Source: Novosphingobium sp.
GTDB taxonomy: Bacteria > Pseudomonadota > Alphaproteobacteria > Sphingomonadales > Sphingomonadaceae
Direction of reading: 5' to 3'
Length of the DNA stretch: 64,000 nt
Assembly (NCBI GenBank): GCA_035543295.1
Contig: DASZZS010000007.1
Coordinates: 13,886-77,885 of the forward strand
In this document: positions 32,519 to 42,781 of the stretch, one piece after another
How positions within the stretch are numbered: position 1 is the first letter of the stretch
How the letters are laid out: each line of letters opens with the position of its first letter
Program-made: the position numbers and the translations under genes
The notes under the pieces: generated by a model
Database searches by the model: none
Seen by the model: only the letters and a program-made list of their open reading frames with translations
What the model was told of the DNA's origin: nothing

Positions 32519-34666
32519 ATGCCACGAAATGACGTTCGGCGGGGAGCTCCCCCCCGGAAACCGTCCAAGCCAGCGCTCACCGGATTTCGCCTGTGGCTGC
32601 GGCGGGTCATCGTGTGGGGCTTGGGCCTCTCGCTGCTTGGCGCGCTCGGGCTGGGCATCGCGGTGGCTTTCGCGGCACAGTCGCTGCCCAGCTACAACCA
32701 GCTCAAGAGCAGCCAGAATGGCCAGATGATCGTGGTCCGCGCGCGCGACGGAACCGAGTTGGTCGCGCTCGGTCCAAGTTACGGCAAATGGCTGCCCTAC
32801 GACCAGATCCCCGACGTGATGAAGGATGCGATGGTCTCGGTCGAGGACCGGCGCTTTCGCAGCCATATCGGGGTCGATCCGATCGGCGTGGCGCGCTCGT
32901 TCTGGGTGCGGCTGCGCGATGGACACTGGCGCCAAGGTGGCTCGACCATCACCCAGCAGCTGGCGCGCACGGTGTTTCTCAACAACACCAAGACCTTCGG
33001 GCGCAAACTGCGCGAGGCGGTGCTGGCGCTGGCGATGGAAAGCCGGTTCTCCAAGGACCAGATTCTCGAACTCTACCTCAACAAGGTCTATTTCGGCGGC
33101 GGGGCCTATGGCATCGATTCCGCGTCCCGCAAGTTCTTCGGCCACTCGGGCAACGAGCTGAGCCTGCCCGAAGCGGCGATCATCGCGGGCCTCGTCAAGG
33201 CCCCCTCGCGCTATTCGCCCACCGCCGATGCCAAGGCCGCAGTCGGCCGCGCGCGGGTCGTGCTTGCGGTAATGCAGGAAACCGGCGCGATCAGCGCTTC
33301 GGAAGCCGCCTCGGCCGATCTGCACACCACCCGGCTCGCGCCCGAGGCGGGGCAGAATTCGGTGCGCTATTTCACCGACTGGGCGCTGCCCCAGCTCGAT
33401 ATTCTGCTGCCCGACAACAGCGAACCGATCGAGGTCTGGACGACGCTCGACGTCGGACTGCAACGCGCGGCGACCGCCTCGATCCAGGGCAATGTCCCTG
33501 CCGGAACCCAAGGCGCGCTGGTCAGCATGGACCGCGACGGCGCGGTGCTGGCGATGGTCGGCGGGACCGATTACGTTACTTCGAACTACAATCGCGCGAC
33601 CAATGCGGTGCGCCAGCCGGGTTCGGCGTGGAAGCTGTTCGTCTACCTCGCCGCGCTCGAGGCGGGCTACACCCCCGACGACGCGGTGGTCGACGAGCCA
33701 GTGACGATCGACGGCTGGAGCCCGCGCAATTCGGGCGGCAGCTATGCCGGCAAGATCGATGTTCGCACCGCCTTTGCCTATTCGAAGAACACCGTCGCGG
33801 CGCAGCTTGGCAACGAGGTCGGCTTCGGCGCGGTGGCGAGCATGGCGCGGCGCTTTGGCATCACCACCCCGATCAACACGCTGCCCTCGATGGTGCTGGG
33901 CACTTCGGAGGTGCGGCTGATCGACATGACCCGCGCCTTCGCCGCGGTCTCGGCCAAGGGCACTTCGATCGAACCCTTCGGGATCACCAAAGTGACCACC
34001 ACCGACGGCGATGTGCTCTACGCGCACCGCGCCACGACCGGCCAGCCGCTGGTCCCCGCCTATGTCACCGCCGGGATCACCGATCTGCTGCAATCGGCGG
34101 TCAGCACCGGCACCGGGCGCGCCGCGCAGATCGGCCGGCCGGTCGCGGGCAAGACCGGCACCACCAGCTCGAACAAGGATGGCTGGTTTCTCGGCTTCTC
34201 CAGCGGGATCACGACGGGCGTGTGGATGGGCCGCGACGATGCCAAGCCGGTGGGCGGATTGCAGGGCGGCACCGCCCCGGCGCGCGCCTTCGCCGCCTAT
34301 ATGCGGGTTGCGGTGGCCAAGCGTCCGGTCGAGAATTTCGACGTCGAGCTCAAGCTCCCGGCGTGGCAGCTCGAGCCCGATGAGGAAGCCGCCTTCGGCA
34401 ATCCCGACGATTACCAATATGTCGACGAGCAGGGCAATCTGATCCAGCCCGTGCAGCCCGGCGACCAGCCGCTGCCGCAACGGCCCGAGGACCAGTCGCC
34501 CGATCAGGGCGGGCTGGTCACCGTGCCACCCGCGGCGAACGAGGATTTCCTCGATCAGGCGACCGGCGGGGAGAGACCCCCCGCGCAATATACCCCACCC
34601 CAGCCGGTCAGGACCGGACGGCCCGGCGCACCGCAGCCACGCGAAGTCCCGATTCGGGGGAATTAG
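32519..34666 (+). CDS. Class A penicillin-binding protein (PBP1A-type transglycosylase/transpeptidase)
   Basis: GT51 motifs SVEDRRFRSHIGVD, GGSTITQQLAR and RKLREA; transpeptidase motifs SAWK and KTGTT; and a Pro/Gln-rich C-terminal tail. Confidence 0.9.
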   Translation: MPRNDVRRGAPPRKPSKPALTGFRLWLRRVIVWGLGLSLLGALGLGIAVAFAAQSLPSYNQLKSSQNGQMIVVRARDGTELVALGPSYGKWLPYDQIPDVMKDAMVSVEDRRFRSHIGVDPIGVARSFWVRLRDGHWRQGGSTITQQLARTVFLNNTKTFGRKLREAVLALAMESRFSKDQILELYLNKVYFGGGAYGIDSASRKFFGHSGNELSLPEAAIIAGLVKAPSRYSPTADAKAAVGRARVVLAVMQETGAISASEAASADLHTTRLAPEAGQNSVRYFTDWALPQLDILLPDNSEPIEVWTTLDVGLQRAATASIQGNVPAGTQGALVSMDRDGAVLAMVGGTDYVTSNYNRATNAVRQPGSAWKLFVYLAALEAGYTPDDAVVDEPVTIDGWSPRNSGGSYAGKIDVRTAFAYSKNTVAAQLGNEVGFGAVASMARRFGITTPINTLPSMVLGTSEVRLIDMTRAFAAVSAKGTSIEPFGITKVTTTDGDVLYAHRATTGQPLVPAYVTAGITDLLQSAVSTGTGRAAQIGRPVAGKTGTTSSNKDGWFLGFSSGITTGVWMGRDDAKPVGGLQGGTAPARAFAAYMRVAVAKRPVENFDVELKLPAWQLEPDEEAAFGNPDDYQYVDEQGNLIQPVQPGDQPLPQRPEDQSPDQGGLVTVPPAANEDFLDQATGGERPPAQYTPPQPVRTGRPGAPQPREVPIRGN

Positions 34667-34675
34667 GGTTAGGCT

Positions 34676-34702
34676 AAATCCTCCCCCTCTGGGGGAGGAT
34701 TT
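34676..34702. terminator. Bidirectional intrinsic terminator between convergent PBP1A and degP genes
   Basis: Perfect 12-bp stem AAATCCTCCCCC/GGGGGAGGATTT with a TCT loop. The A/T ends give a U-run on either strand. Confidence 0.65.
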
Positions 34703-34721
34703 GATCACACCAGATCCCGAC

Positions 34722-36272
34722 CTAACGCATCCGCAAGGGCACGAACACTGCCGCGCGGCCCGGGGGCTGGATGCGCAGCAGCACCGCTCCGCGGTTGGCG
34801 GCCTTGGCTGTTCGCACCACGCCTTCCAGCTCGGCGAGCGTCGTCACCGTGCGGCTGTTGGCCGAGAGGATGATGAAGCCGCGCTGGATCTGCTTGGCGC
34901 CCGCGTCGGACGAGGGATCGACCCCGGTGATGACCAGCCCGCGCGAATCCACGCTCACGCCCAGTCGCGGCGCGATCTGCGGGCTGAGCGGAATGACCGA
35001 CAGGCCAAGCGCCTTTTCAATCACGCCCTGGCTGGGCGCGACTTGCTGCTGCGCCAACTGGTCGTCCGGATCGGCCTGACTGGGATCGAAGGTCTGTTGC
35101 GCCAGTTCTTCCTCGCTCGGACGCTTGCCGACAACGGCCTGGACCGTCATCGGCTTGCCATCGCGGATCAGCTCGATCGGGATGCGCGTGCCCGGCGCCG
35201 TGTTGGCGACGATGTAGGACAGCGTCTGGTCGGGGGTTACCACCTTGCCCGCAACGCTGGTGACCACATCGCCTTCGCGCAGACCCGCCTTGGCCGCACC
35301 CTGATTGGGTTCGACCGCCTGGACAAACTCGCCGCGGTTGTGCGGCACCCCAAGTGAATCGGCAAGGTCTTCGCCCAGTGCCTGGATGCGCACGCCCAGA
35401 TAGCCGCGCTCGATCACCTGGCCGGTGCGCAGCTTGTCGACGATCGGCGCGGCGATCTCGGCGGGGATCGCAAAGCCGATCCCGACGCTGCCCCCGGTGG
35501 GCGAGAAGATCGAATTGTTGATGCCGATCACATTGCCCTTCATGTCGAACATCGGGCCGCCCGAGTTGCCGCTGTTGATCGAGGCGTCGGTCTGCAGATA
35601 GCGGTCATAGGCGCTGCCCGAGCCAGTGTTGCGATAGACCGCCGAAATGATCCCCGAGGTGACCGTCCCGCCGAGGCCAAACGGGTTGCCGATGGCAATC
35701 ACCCAGTCGCCGACGCGGGTCTGCCGCGAATCGCCGAACTTGACGAACGGCAGCACCTTGCCGGGGTTGATCTTGAGCACCGCAAGGTCAGAAGCTACGT
35801 CGCGACCGACCAGCTTGGCGGGGTATTCGGTGCCGTCGGGCATCGTCACGGTGATCGTTTCGACCTCGCCCTGACCGTTGGCGGTGATCACGTGGTTGTT
35901 GGTGACGACATAGCCATCGGGCGAAATGACGAAACCGGAACCCAGCGATTGCGCCTCGCGGGTTTGCGGAGCGCTGCCGCCCTGCTGCTGGCCGCCGAAC
36001 AGATCGGCAAACGGGGTGCCGGCGAAGGGATTGGCCTGCGCCGCGACGCGAATCCGTTGGCGCGTGGAAATGTTGACCACCGCGGGCTGCAGCTGCTGCG
36101 TCAAATCGGCAAAGCTGGCCGGTGCGCCTGCCTGCGGGACCACCGACTGCATCTGCTGGGCGTCGTTCTGGGCAACTTGCGCGCCGACCGGAAAACCGGT
36201 GGCGAGCGAAAGACCGGCACCGCCAAGCAGCAGCGCGGTGGTGACTCCATAAGCGTATCGCACGGGCTTCAC
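34722..36272 (-). CDS. Do/DegP/HtrA-family periplasmic serine endopeptidase with two PDZ domains
   Basis: The GTG at 36272 follows AAGGAAGCCAAAGGA. There is a signal peptide, a catalytic-triad context (TNNHV; GNSGGP) and two PDZ-like segments. Confidence 0.9.
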   Translation of the reverse strand: MKPVRYAYGVTTALLLGGAGLSLATGFPVGAQVAQNDAQQMQSVVPQAGAPASFADLTQQLQPAVVNISTRQRIRVAAQANPFAGTPFADLFGGQQQGGSAPQTREAQSLGSGFVISPDGYVVTNNHVITANGQGEVETITVTMPDGTEYPAKLVGRDVASDLAVLKINPGKVLPFVKFGDSRQTRVGDWVIAIGNPFGLGGTVTSGIISAVYRNTGSGSAYDRYLQTDASINSGNSGGPMFDMKGNVIGINNSIFSPTGGSVGIGFAIPAEIAAPIVDKLRTGQVIERGYLGVRIQALGEDLADSLGVPHNRGEFVQAVEPNQGAAKAGLREGDVVTSVAGKVVTPDQTLSYIVANTAPGTRIPIELIRDGKPMTVQAVVGKRPSEEELAQQTFDPSQADPDDQLAQQQVAPSQGVIEKALGLSVIPLSPQIAPRLGVSVDSRGLVITGVDPSSDAGAKQIQRGFIILSANSRTVTTLAELEGVVRTAKAANRGAVLLRIQPPGRAAVFVPLRMR

Positions 36273-36363
36273 GTCCTTTGGCTTCCTTCTGGTTCGCAGG
36301 TTCACCGGGCCGGATTCACGCCGGTCCGCCTGAACGGGAATTGAATAAATCGACGGGCGCGCA

Positions 36364-37209
36364 TCAGCGCCCTTTGAACTGCTTGAGATATTCATTGTCG
36401 GGCGAGAGCAGGATCGTGCTGGAACCGGCCTTGCTGCCGAAAGTGTAGTCGTAGCTCTGCATCGCGCGGTAGAAATCGTAGAACGCGGGATCCTTGCCAT
36501 AGGCGTCGGCATAGGTCTGCGCCGCTAGCGCCTCGGCATCGGCCCGGATGATCTGCGCGGCCTTCTGGCCCTGTGCCTGGATGGTGGTAGCTTCCTGCTG
36601 GCGCGCCGCCTGCATCCGCGAGAAGGCGCTTTCCAGCGCGCCCTCGGGCAGATCGGCGCGCTTGATCCGCACATCGATGACCTGCGCGCCATATTCGCGC
36701 GCCTCGCGATCGAGCCCCGCGCGGATTTGCGTCATCGCGGCGCCGCGTTCGGCGGTCAGCAGCGACTGGAAGGTGCGCTTGCCCAGTTCCTGGCGGAGCA
36801 CCGAAGTGAGGATCGGCTGGAGCTGTTCGACCACCTTTTCCGTGGTCCCGGCGGTGCGCACCATCTTGACCGGATCGATGATCCGGAACCGGGCGAAGGC
36901 ATCGACTTCCATCCGCTGCTGATCGGTGGTGAGCACTTGCTGGCGTTCCATGTCGACGCTCAGCACCCGCTTGTCGATCCGGACCAGTCGCTCGAAGAAC
37001 GGGATGCGCAGCGACATGCCCGCCCCGGTCTGGCCGAAATCGATTTTCGGCTTGAAGCGGTTGATCACGCGCACCGGCTCACCCAGCCGGACCACGACCG
37101 CCTGTTCGGTTTCGGGGACCACCACCACGCTCGAAAACACCGCGAGTGCCGCAATGGCCAGCACGATCAATGTCGGCTTGTGGTCCTGCCACAAATTGCT
37201 GAGCATCAC
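36364..37209 (-). CDS. hflC: Protease modulator HflC
   Basis: SPFH-fold protein directly downstream of hflK, overlapping it by 4 nt. It ends ...ILLSPDNEYLKQF. Confidence 0.9.
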   Translation of the reverse strand: MMLSNLWQDHKPTLIVLAIAALAVFSSVVVVPETEQAVVVRLGEPVRVINRFKPKIDFGQTGAGMSLRIPFFERLVRIDKRVLSVDMERQQVLTTDQQRMEVDAFARFRIIDPVKMVRTAGTTEKVVEQLQPILTSVLRQELGKRTFQSLLTAERGAAMTQIRAGLDREAREYGAQVIDVRIKRADLPEGALESAFSRMQAARQQEATTIQAQGQKAAQIIRADAEALAAQTYADAYGKDPAFYDFYRAMQSYDYTFGSKAGSSTILLSPDNEYLKQFKGR

Positions 37210-38387
37210 TGGCCTCCCGTCGCGGGGGTGGCGGGTTCGGCGGTCTTGCGGCGAACCTCGGGCAGCGGCAAATAGGAGGTCACGCCCCCCGCCTCGACGA
37301 TCACCTTGTCATTGGCGGCCAACACCCGCTCCATCGTTTCATAATACATCCGCTGCCGGGTCACGTCGGGGGCGAGTTTGTATTGGGCATAGACCTTGTC
37401 GAACTGCGCGGCGTCACCCTGCGCGCGGGCGGTGAGCTGCTGCGCCCAGGCCTGCGCATTGCTGATATCGCGCTGCGCATCCTGCTGCGCGGCGGTGACT
37501 TTCTGGAACGCGCCCTGGACTTTCTCGGGCGGGTTGGCGTTCTTGATCTCGACCCCCTGGATCTGCACGCCAGCGCGATAGGCGTCGAGGATCGCCTGCA
37601 TCCTGGTGCGCACATTCTGCTCGACCTGCGCCCGGCCGGTGCCGCCAAAGGCGTCGCGCAGCGGCACTTCGGCAATCGAGGCGCGCATCGCGGCTTCGGC
37701 CACTTCGGTCACGGTCCGCTCGGGATTGTCGAACTGGAAGCTGTAGAGCTTGAGGTTCTTGATGTTCCAACGGACCAGATAGCTGACATCGACCAGGCTG
37801 GCGTCGCTGGTCAGCATGAGGTTTTCGGCCTCGCCCTCGGGAATGGTGTTGCGCTTGATCGAGGTGACATCCTCGACCCGCACATCCTGGATCGGCCACG
37901 GCATGGTCAGCGAGACCCCGTTGCCGATGGTGTGCGAATATTTGCCGAAGGTGGTGACGATGCCTTCCTCGGTCGAGCCGAGCTGGTGCGCGCTGGTGAA
38001 GAAGAGCCAGGTGCCCGCCACCGCAACGCCGATCAGCGGCAGCCAACTCTTGCCGCCGGGCCGCGTGGGCAACCGCGGGAAGCTGCCACCTCCCCCAAAG
38101 CCGCCGGGTCCGCCGGGGTTGCGCGGGCCGCCCGACTTGGGGCGGAAAATATCCTCGATGTTGGCCGAGCGCCGCGGCGGGGCGCTATCGCCCTGGTGCC
38201 ACGGGTTGCGCGGACCCTTGGGCGCGGCGTCCGGCTTGGGTTTGGGAGCGGGTGGTTCGGGCGTTTCGCCGCTTCCGGCGGATTCGCCGTCCCCCGGGTT
38301 TTCGGGTTCGGGCTGGTCGCCGTCGCTCCCCGGCTTAGGATCGCCCGGACCGCCGCCGGAGCCCCACGGACTGCGGCGCCCGGCCAT
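37206..38387 (-). CDS. hflK: Protease modulator HflK
   Basis: I prefer the start MAGRRSPWGSGGGPGDPKPG (38387). A Gly/Pro-rich N-terminal region and one TM helix are followed by an SPFH domain and a coiled-coil. Confidence 0.9.
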   Translation of the reverse strand: MAGRRSPWGSGGGPGDPKPGSDGDQPEPENPGDGESAGSGETPEPPAPKPKPDAAPKGPRNPWHQGDSAPPRRSANIEDIFRPKSGGPRNPGGPGGFGGGGSFPRLPTRPGGKSWLPLIGVAVAGTWLFFTSAHQLGSTEEGIVTTFGKYSHTIGNGVSLTMPWPIQDVRVEDVTSIKRNTIPEGEAENLMLTSDASLVDVSYLVRWNIKNLKLYSFQFDNPERTVTEVAEAAMRASIAEVPLRDAFGGTGRAQVEQNVRTRMQAILDAYRAGVQIQGVEIKNANPPEKVQGAFQKVTAAQQDAQRDISNAQAWAQQLTARAQGDAAQFDKVYAQYKLAPDVTRQRMYYETMERVLAANDKVIVEAGGVTSYLPLPEVRRKTAEPATPATGGQ

Positions 38388-38519
38388 GGCCAGAACCCCT
38401 GCTCGAAAACCACCGAAACCTCTCATGCACAGCTCTATAGGGACGCGGGCCCCACAAAAACAGTGCCTCCCCCTGCTTTTTCCTTGCTAGGGGGGCGGCG
38501 GCACCACAGCGGGACGACG

Positions 38520-39479
38520 ATGACCGACACTGAAGCGCTCAAGGCCGTGCTGTCACCAAGGGCGCAGGCGCGGCTGCAATCGCTGCGGCTGGTCGATGGC
38601 GTGGCGACGCTGGTGTTCGATGTCGGCGGGCTGGACCCACGCGAGCGCGAGCAGCTTGAGGCGGCGGTCAAGCAAGTGCTGGGCGGGCAGCCGGATGTGT
38701 CCGAGGTCCGCGTCGCGATGACTGCGGACAAGCGCCAGACCCGCATCATCGCGGTCGGTTCGGGCAAGGGCGGGGTCGGCAAGTCCACCCTGTCGGCCAA
38801 CCTCGCGGTCGCGCTCGCGCGGATGGGGCGCAAGGTCGGGCTGGTCGATGCCGATATCTACGGCCCCTCGCAGCCGCGGCTGCTCGGCACCGAGGGGGTC
38901 AAACCCGAAGCACGCGGCAACAAGATGATCCCGATCCCCAGCCCGTGGGGCGTGCCGCTGCTATCGATGGGCCAGCTGATCGAGCCGGGCAAGGCGATCG
39001 CCTGGCGCGGGCCGATGGCGGGCAATGCGCTGGGTCAGCTGATCGACGCGCATTGGGATGTCGATGTGCTGATCGTCGATCTGCCGCCGGGCACCGGCGA
39101 CGTTCAGATAACGATGCTCCAGCGCTTCAAGCCGGCCGGCGCGGTGATCGTCTCGACCCCGCAGGACCTCGCGCTGATCGACGCAACCCGCGCGCTGCAG
39201 CTGTTCGAGCAGGCTGAAGTCCCGATCATCGGAATCGTCGAAAACATGGCGGGCTACGCCTGCCCGCATTGCGGCGAGGTCAGCGATCCGTTCGGTTCGG
39301 GCGGCGCGGAAGCGGTCGCGAAAATGCTTGGTCACGCGTTCCTCGGCCGCATCCCGCTCGATCTCAAGATCCGGCAGGACAGCGATGCGGGCCAGCCCCC
39401 TGCGGCAAGCGACGGCCCTGGAGGCGAACCCTTCGCAGCCATTGCGCGGCGGATTGCCAGCTGGCTCGACCAGCAATGA
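38520..39479 (+). CDS. Mrp/NBP35 (ApbC) Fe-S cluster carrier ATPase
   Basis: IIAVGSGKGGVGKSTLSANLAVALA (deviant Walker A) and the CPHCG cluster-ligand motif. Confidence 0.9.
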   Translation: MTDTEALKAVLSPRAQARLQSLRLVDGVATLVFDVGGLDPREREQLEAAVKQVLGGQPDVSEVRVAMTADKRQTRIIAVGSGKGGVGKSTLSANLAVALARMGRKVGLVDADIYGPSQPRLLGTEGVKPEARGNKMIPIPSPWGVPLLSMGQLIEPGKAIAWRGPMAGNALGQLIDAHWDVDVLIVDLPPGTGDVQITMLQRFKPAGAVIVSTPQDLALIDATRALQLFEQAEVPIIGIVENMAGYACPHCGEVSDPFGSGGAEAVAKMLGHAFLGRIPLDLKIRQDSDAGQPPAASDGPGGEPFAAIARRIASWLDQQ

Positions 39480-41728
39480 GAGTCACGCGGCGCGGCTTGC
39501 TGATCGGGGCCGGGGCGGGCGGATTGCTCGTCGCGTGGAGCCTCACCCCGCGACGTTTCGCGATCCCGCTCGAGGCGGGCAGCGACGAAGTGGCGTTCGA
39601 TGCCTGGCTCAAGCTGGGCACCGATGGTGTGGTAACCGTCGCGGTTCCGCAGCTCGAGATGGGGCAGGGCGTATCGACGCTGATTCCGCAGGTGGTCGCC
39701 GCCGAATTGGGGGCCGATTGGCGGCAGGTCGCGGTCGAAATGGTGCCGGTCAGCGGGGCCTATGCCAATGTCCCGCTCGCGGCGCGGTGGGCCAAGCTGT
39801 GGATGCCGCTGGTCGCGGGCGCGGCCTCAAGCTCCGATAGCCGCCTCGCGCGGCGCTTTGCCGAAGCGAACAATTTCACCGCAACCGCCGATGGCACCTC
39901 GCTTGCTGCTTATGAGGCTCCGGCGCGCGAGGCGGCCGCATCGGTCCGCGCGATGCTGGCAATGGCCGCGGCGGACCGCTGGGTTGTGGGCTGGGAGGAA
40001 TGCGGGGTGGCTGGCGGGTTCGTCACCCACGGCAAGCAGCGACTGACATTTGGCGAGCTGGCGCAGGAAGCGGCGGAATACGATCCGCCCGATCCGCCGC
40101 CGCTGCGCCCGGCACCGATGGCCGAACGCGCCGCCGATTTCCCGCCCGGCGCGCCGCTACGCTATCCGCGGCTCGATTTGCCGAGCAAGGTCGACGGCAG
40201 CCATCTGTTCGCGGGCGATGTGCGGCTGCCCGACATGCTCTTCGCCGCGATCCGCCACGGCCCGATCGGCGATACCACGCTGGCGAGCTTCGACGCGGCG
40301 CGGGCCAAAAGCCTGCCCGGACTGGTCAGGCTGGTCAAAGGCCAGCGCTGGCTGGCGGCGGTGGCAAGCGATTGGTGGTCCGCCGAGAGCGCGCTCAGTG
40401 CCATCGCCCCCAACTTCACCACGAGGCACCGCGCCGATACCATCAAGATCGAGCAGGCGCTCGATCGCGCACTGCGCAAGGGCGATGCCGACACGATTGC
40501 CGAAGTTGGCGATCCCGAGGGCGTGTTTGGCGGCAAGTTCAGCCTCGCGCGCCGCTACGAAGTCGCCCCCGCGCTCCACGCCACGCTCGAGACCGCCAGC
40601 GCGACCGCGCGGCTGCGCGGGGGCAAGCTTGAGCTATGGGCCGCGTGCCAGGCGCCCGAGGCCGCGCGGCTGGCGGCGGCACGCGCGCTGGGGATGTCGG
40701 CGCGCGATGTGGTGCTTTACCCGATGCCCGCGGGCGGCAGCTTCGACCGACGGCTCGAACACGAGCATGTGACCCAAGCCGCGCTGATCGCCCGCGAGGT
40801 GGGCAAGCCGGTGCAGCTCACTTGGTCGCGCTGGCAGGAGCATCTCGCCGGACTGCCGCGCACGCCCGTCGTGGCGGTGCTCGCCGCCAAAACCGCGCCG
40901 AGCGGGGAAGTACTTGCATGGAAAACCCGCATCGCCGCGCCCGCCAGCTTCCGCGAATTCGGGCAGCGGCTGTTCGGCGGTGAGCGCGCATTCGACGCCG
41001 CAGCGGCGCAGGACAGCAGCGATGCGATGGCGGTCGAGGGTGCGGTCCCGCCCTATGCACTACCCAATCTGATCGTCGAGCATGTGCCCGTCGCGATTCC
41101 CCTGCCAACGGGGCGGATGCGCGGCAATGCGCACGGCTTCACCACCTTCTTCACCGAAAGCTTCGTCGACGAGCTGGCACATCTCGGCGGACGCGAGCCG
41201 CTGTCCTACCGGATGGCGATGCTGGGTCACGACCTGCGCCTCGCCAATTGCCTGCAGCGCGCGGCGACACTGGCCGAATGGGGCGGCGGCGCGGACAGCA
41301 GCGGGCAGGGGCTGGCGTGCCATGTCATCGGCGGGGGCCGGATCGCGGTAGTCGCCAGTGCTCGCCGCGATGAAACCGGCGTGCGGGTCGACAAGCTCAC
41401 TGCAGTGGCGGACATCGGGCGAATCGTGAATCTCGACATCGCGCGCCAGCAGATCGAGGGCGGGCTGGTGTTCGGGCTTGGCCTCGCGCTGGGCTGCAGC
41501 ACCGGCTATGCCAATGGCCTGCCGACCGATACGCGGCTCGGCGCGCTCGACCTGCCGGTGCTCGCCGATTGCCCCGAGATCGAGGTGGATTTTATCGAGA
41601 GCGCGGCCGAACCCGCCGATCCCGGAGAGCTTGGCGTCGCCGTGGTCGCGCCGGCGATTGCCAATGCGCTGTTTTCGGCAACCGGGTTGCGTTTCCGCAA
41701 GCTTCCGCTGCTCTCGGAGGAGGTATGA
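39476..41728 (+). CDS. Xanthine-dehydrogenase-family molybdopterin-binding subunit (IorB-like), Tat-exported
   Basis: Twin-arginine signal MRVTRRGLLIGAGAGG; LEMGQGVSTLIPQVVAAELG; C-terminal PGELGVAVVAPAIANALFSATG. The start overlaps the mrp stop (ATGA). No [2Fe-2S] small-subunit gene is adjacent. Confidence 0.8.
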   Translation: MRVTRRGLLIGAGAGGLLVAWSLTPRRFAIPLEAGSDEVAFDAWLKLGTDGVVTVAVPQLEMGQGVSTLIPQVVAAELGADWRQVAVEMVPVSGAYANVPLAARWAKLWMPLVAGAASSSDSRLARRFAEANNFTATADGTSLAAYEAPAREAAASVRAMLAMAAADRWVVGWEECGVAGGFVTHGKQRLTFGELAQEAAEYDPPDPPPLRPAPMAERAADFPPGAPLRYPRLDLPSKVDGSHLFAGDVRLPDMLFAAIRHGPIGDTTLASFDAARAKSLPGLVRLVKGQRWLAAVASDWWSAESALSAIAPNFTTRHRADTIKIEQALDRALRKGDADTIAEVGDPEGVFGGKFSLARRYEVAPALHATLETASATARLRGGKLELWAACQAPEAARLAAARALGMSARDVVLYPMPAGGSFDRRLEHEHVTQAALIAREVGKPVQLTWSRWQEHLAGLPRTPVVAVLAAKTAPSGEVLAWKTRIAAPASFREFGQRLFGGERAFDAAAAQDSSDAMAVEGAVPPYALPNLIVEHVPVAIPLPTGRMRGNAHGFTTFFTESFVDELAHLGGREPLSYRMAMLGHDLRLANCLQRAATLAEWGGGADSSGQGLACHVIGGGRIAVVASARRDETGVRVDKLTAVADIGRIVNLDIARQQIEGGLVFGLGLALGCSTGYANGLPTDTRLGALDLPVLADCPEIEVDFIESAAEPADPGELGVAVVAPAIANALFSATGLRFRKLPLLSEEV

Positions 41729-42738
41729 CCCGCCCCGCCTATCATCCGCCGGTTACGCTGGGCCGGATCGGGGTGCTGCTGGTCAACCTCGGCACCCCCG
41801 AGGCGCCCACTGCGAAGGCCGTGAAGCGCTATCTCGCGGAGTTCCTCTCGGATCGCCGGGTGGTCGAGCTGCCCGCACTGCTGTGGCAGCCGGTGTTGCG
41901 CGGGATTGTCCTCAATACCCGGCCCCGGAAATCGGCGCAGGCCTATGCGCACATATGGGGCGAGGACGGCTCACCGCTGGCCGCGATCACCGCGGCGCAA
42001 GCGCGTGGGCTGCAAGCGCGGCTGGGCGAGGGTGTGCAGGTCGCCCATGCGATGCGTTACGGCAATCCGGCGCTGGCCGGCGAAGTCCAGCGGCTGAAAG
42101 ATGCCGGCTGCGACCGGATCCTGGTCGCGCCGCTCTACCCGCAATATTCGGGCGCAACCACCGCGAGCGTGATTGACGCCGTGGGTGCCGCGCTGGCGGA
42201 CATGCGCTGGCAGCCCGCTATCCGCACGCTACCGCCCTATTATGACGACGCTCTGCACATCGCTGCGCTGCGCGAGGATATCGCGCGCCAGCTAAACGCG
42301 CTGCCCTTCGCGCCGCAAGTGCTGCTGCTCAGCTTCCACGGCATGCCGCTACGCACGCTCGAATTGGGCGATCCCTACCACTGCCACTGCCAGAAAACCG
42401 CGCGTCTGCTGGCCGAAGCGCTTGGCCCCGACCACCCCGATCTCAGAATCGAGGTGAGCTTCCAGTCGCGCTTCGGCCGGGCAAAATGGCTGGAGCCTTC
42501 GACCGAAGACGTCCTCCGCTCCGAAGCTGCGAAGGGCACCAAGCGCTTCGCCATCGCCGCTCCCGGATTCTCCGCCGATTGCCTCGAAACGCGCGAGGAA
42601 CTGGCAATCCGCGCCAAGGCGCAGTTCCTTGCTGCAGGCGGCACCGACTTCGCGGTGCTCGATTGCCTCAACACCGGGGACGCAGGGATGGCGATGCTCG
42701 AAGCCTTGGTGCGGCGCGAACTTGGGGGCTGGATTTAG
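41725..42738 (+). CDS. hemH: Ferrochelatase
   Basis: IGVLLVNLGTPEAPTAKAVKRYLAEFLSDRRVVE, PLYPQYSGATT and SFHGMP. The start overlaps the preceding stop (ATGA). Confidence 0.92.
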   Translation: MTRPAYHPPVTLGRIGVLLVNLGTPEAPTAKAVKRYLAEFLSDRRVVELPALLWQPVLRGIVLNTRPRKSAQAYAHIWGEDGSPLAAITAAQARGLQARLGEGVQVAHAMRYGNPALAGEVQRLKDAGCDRILVAPLYPQYSGATTASVIDAVGAALADMRWQPAIRTLPPYYDDALHIAALREDIARQLNALPFAPQVLLLSFHGMPLRTLELGDPYHCHCQKTARLLAEALGPDHPDLRIEVSFQSRFGRAKWLEPSTEDVLRSEAAKGTKRFAIAAPGFSADCLETREELAIRAKAQFLAAGGTDFAVLDCLNTGDAGMAMLEALVRRELGGWI

Positions 42739-42781
42739 CGTTCCGATTAACTTACACTAAGGTAAGTAACGAGGATTCACC

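Noticed and set aside
32477-34708. 743-aa minus-strand ORF (and the 596-aa plus-strand ORF 32593..34383)
   Set aside because: Both overlap the PBP1A gene, whose frame carries unambiguous transglycosylase and transpeptidase motifs. The alternatives are shadow frames.
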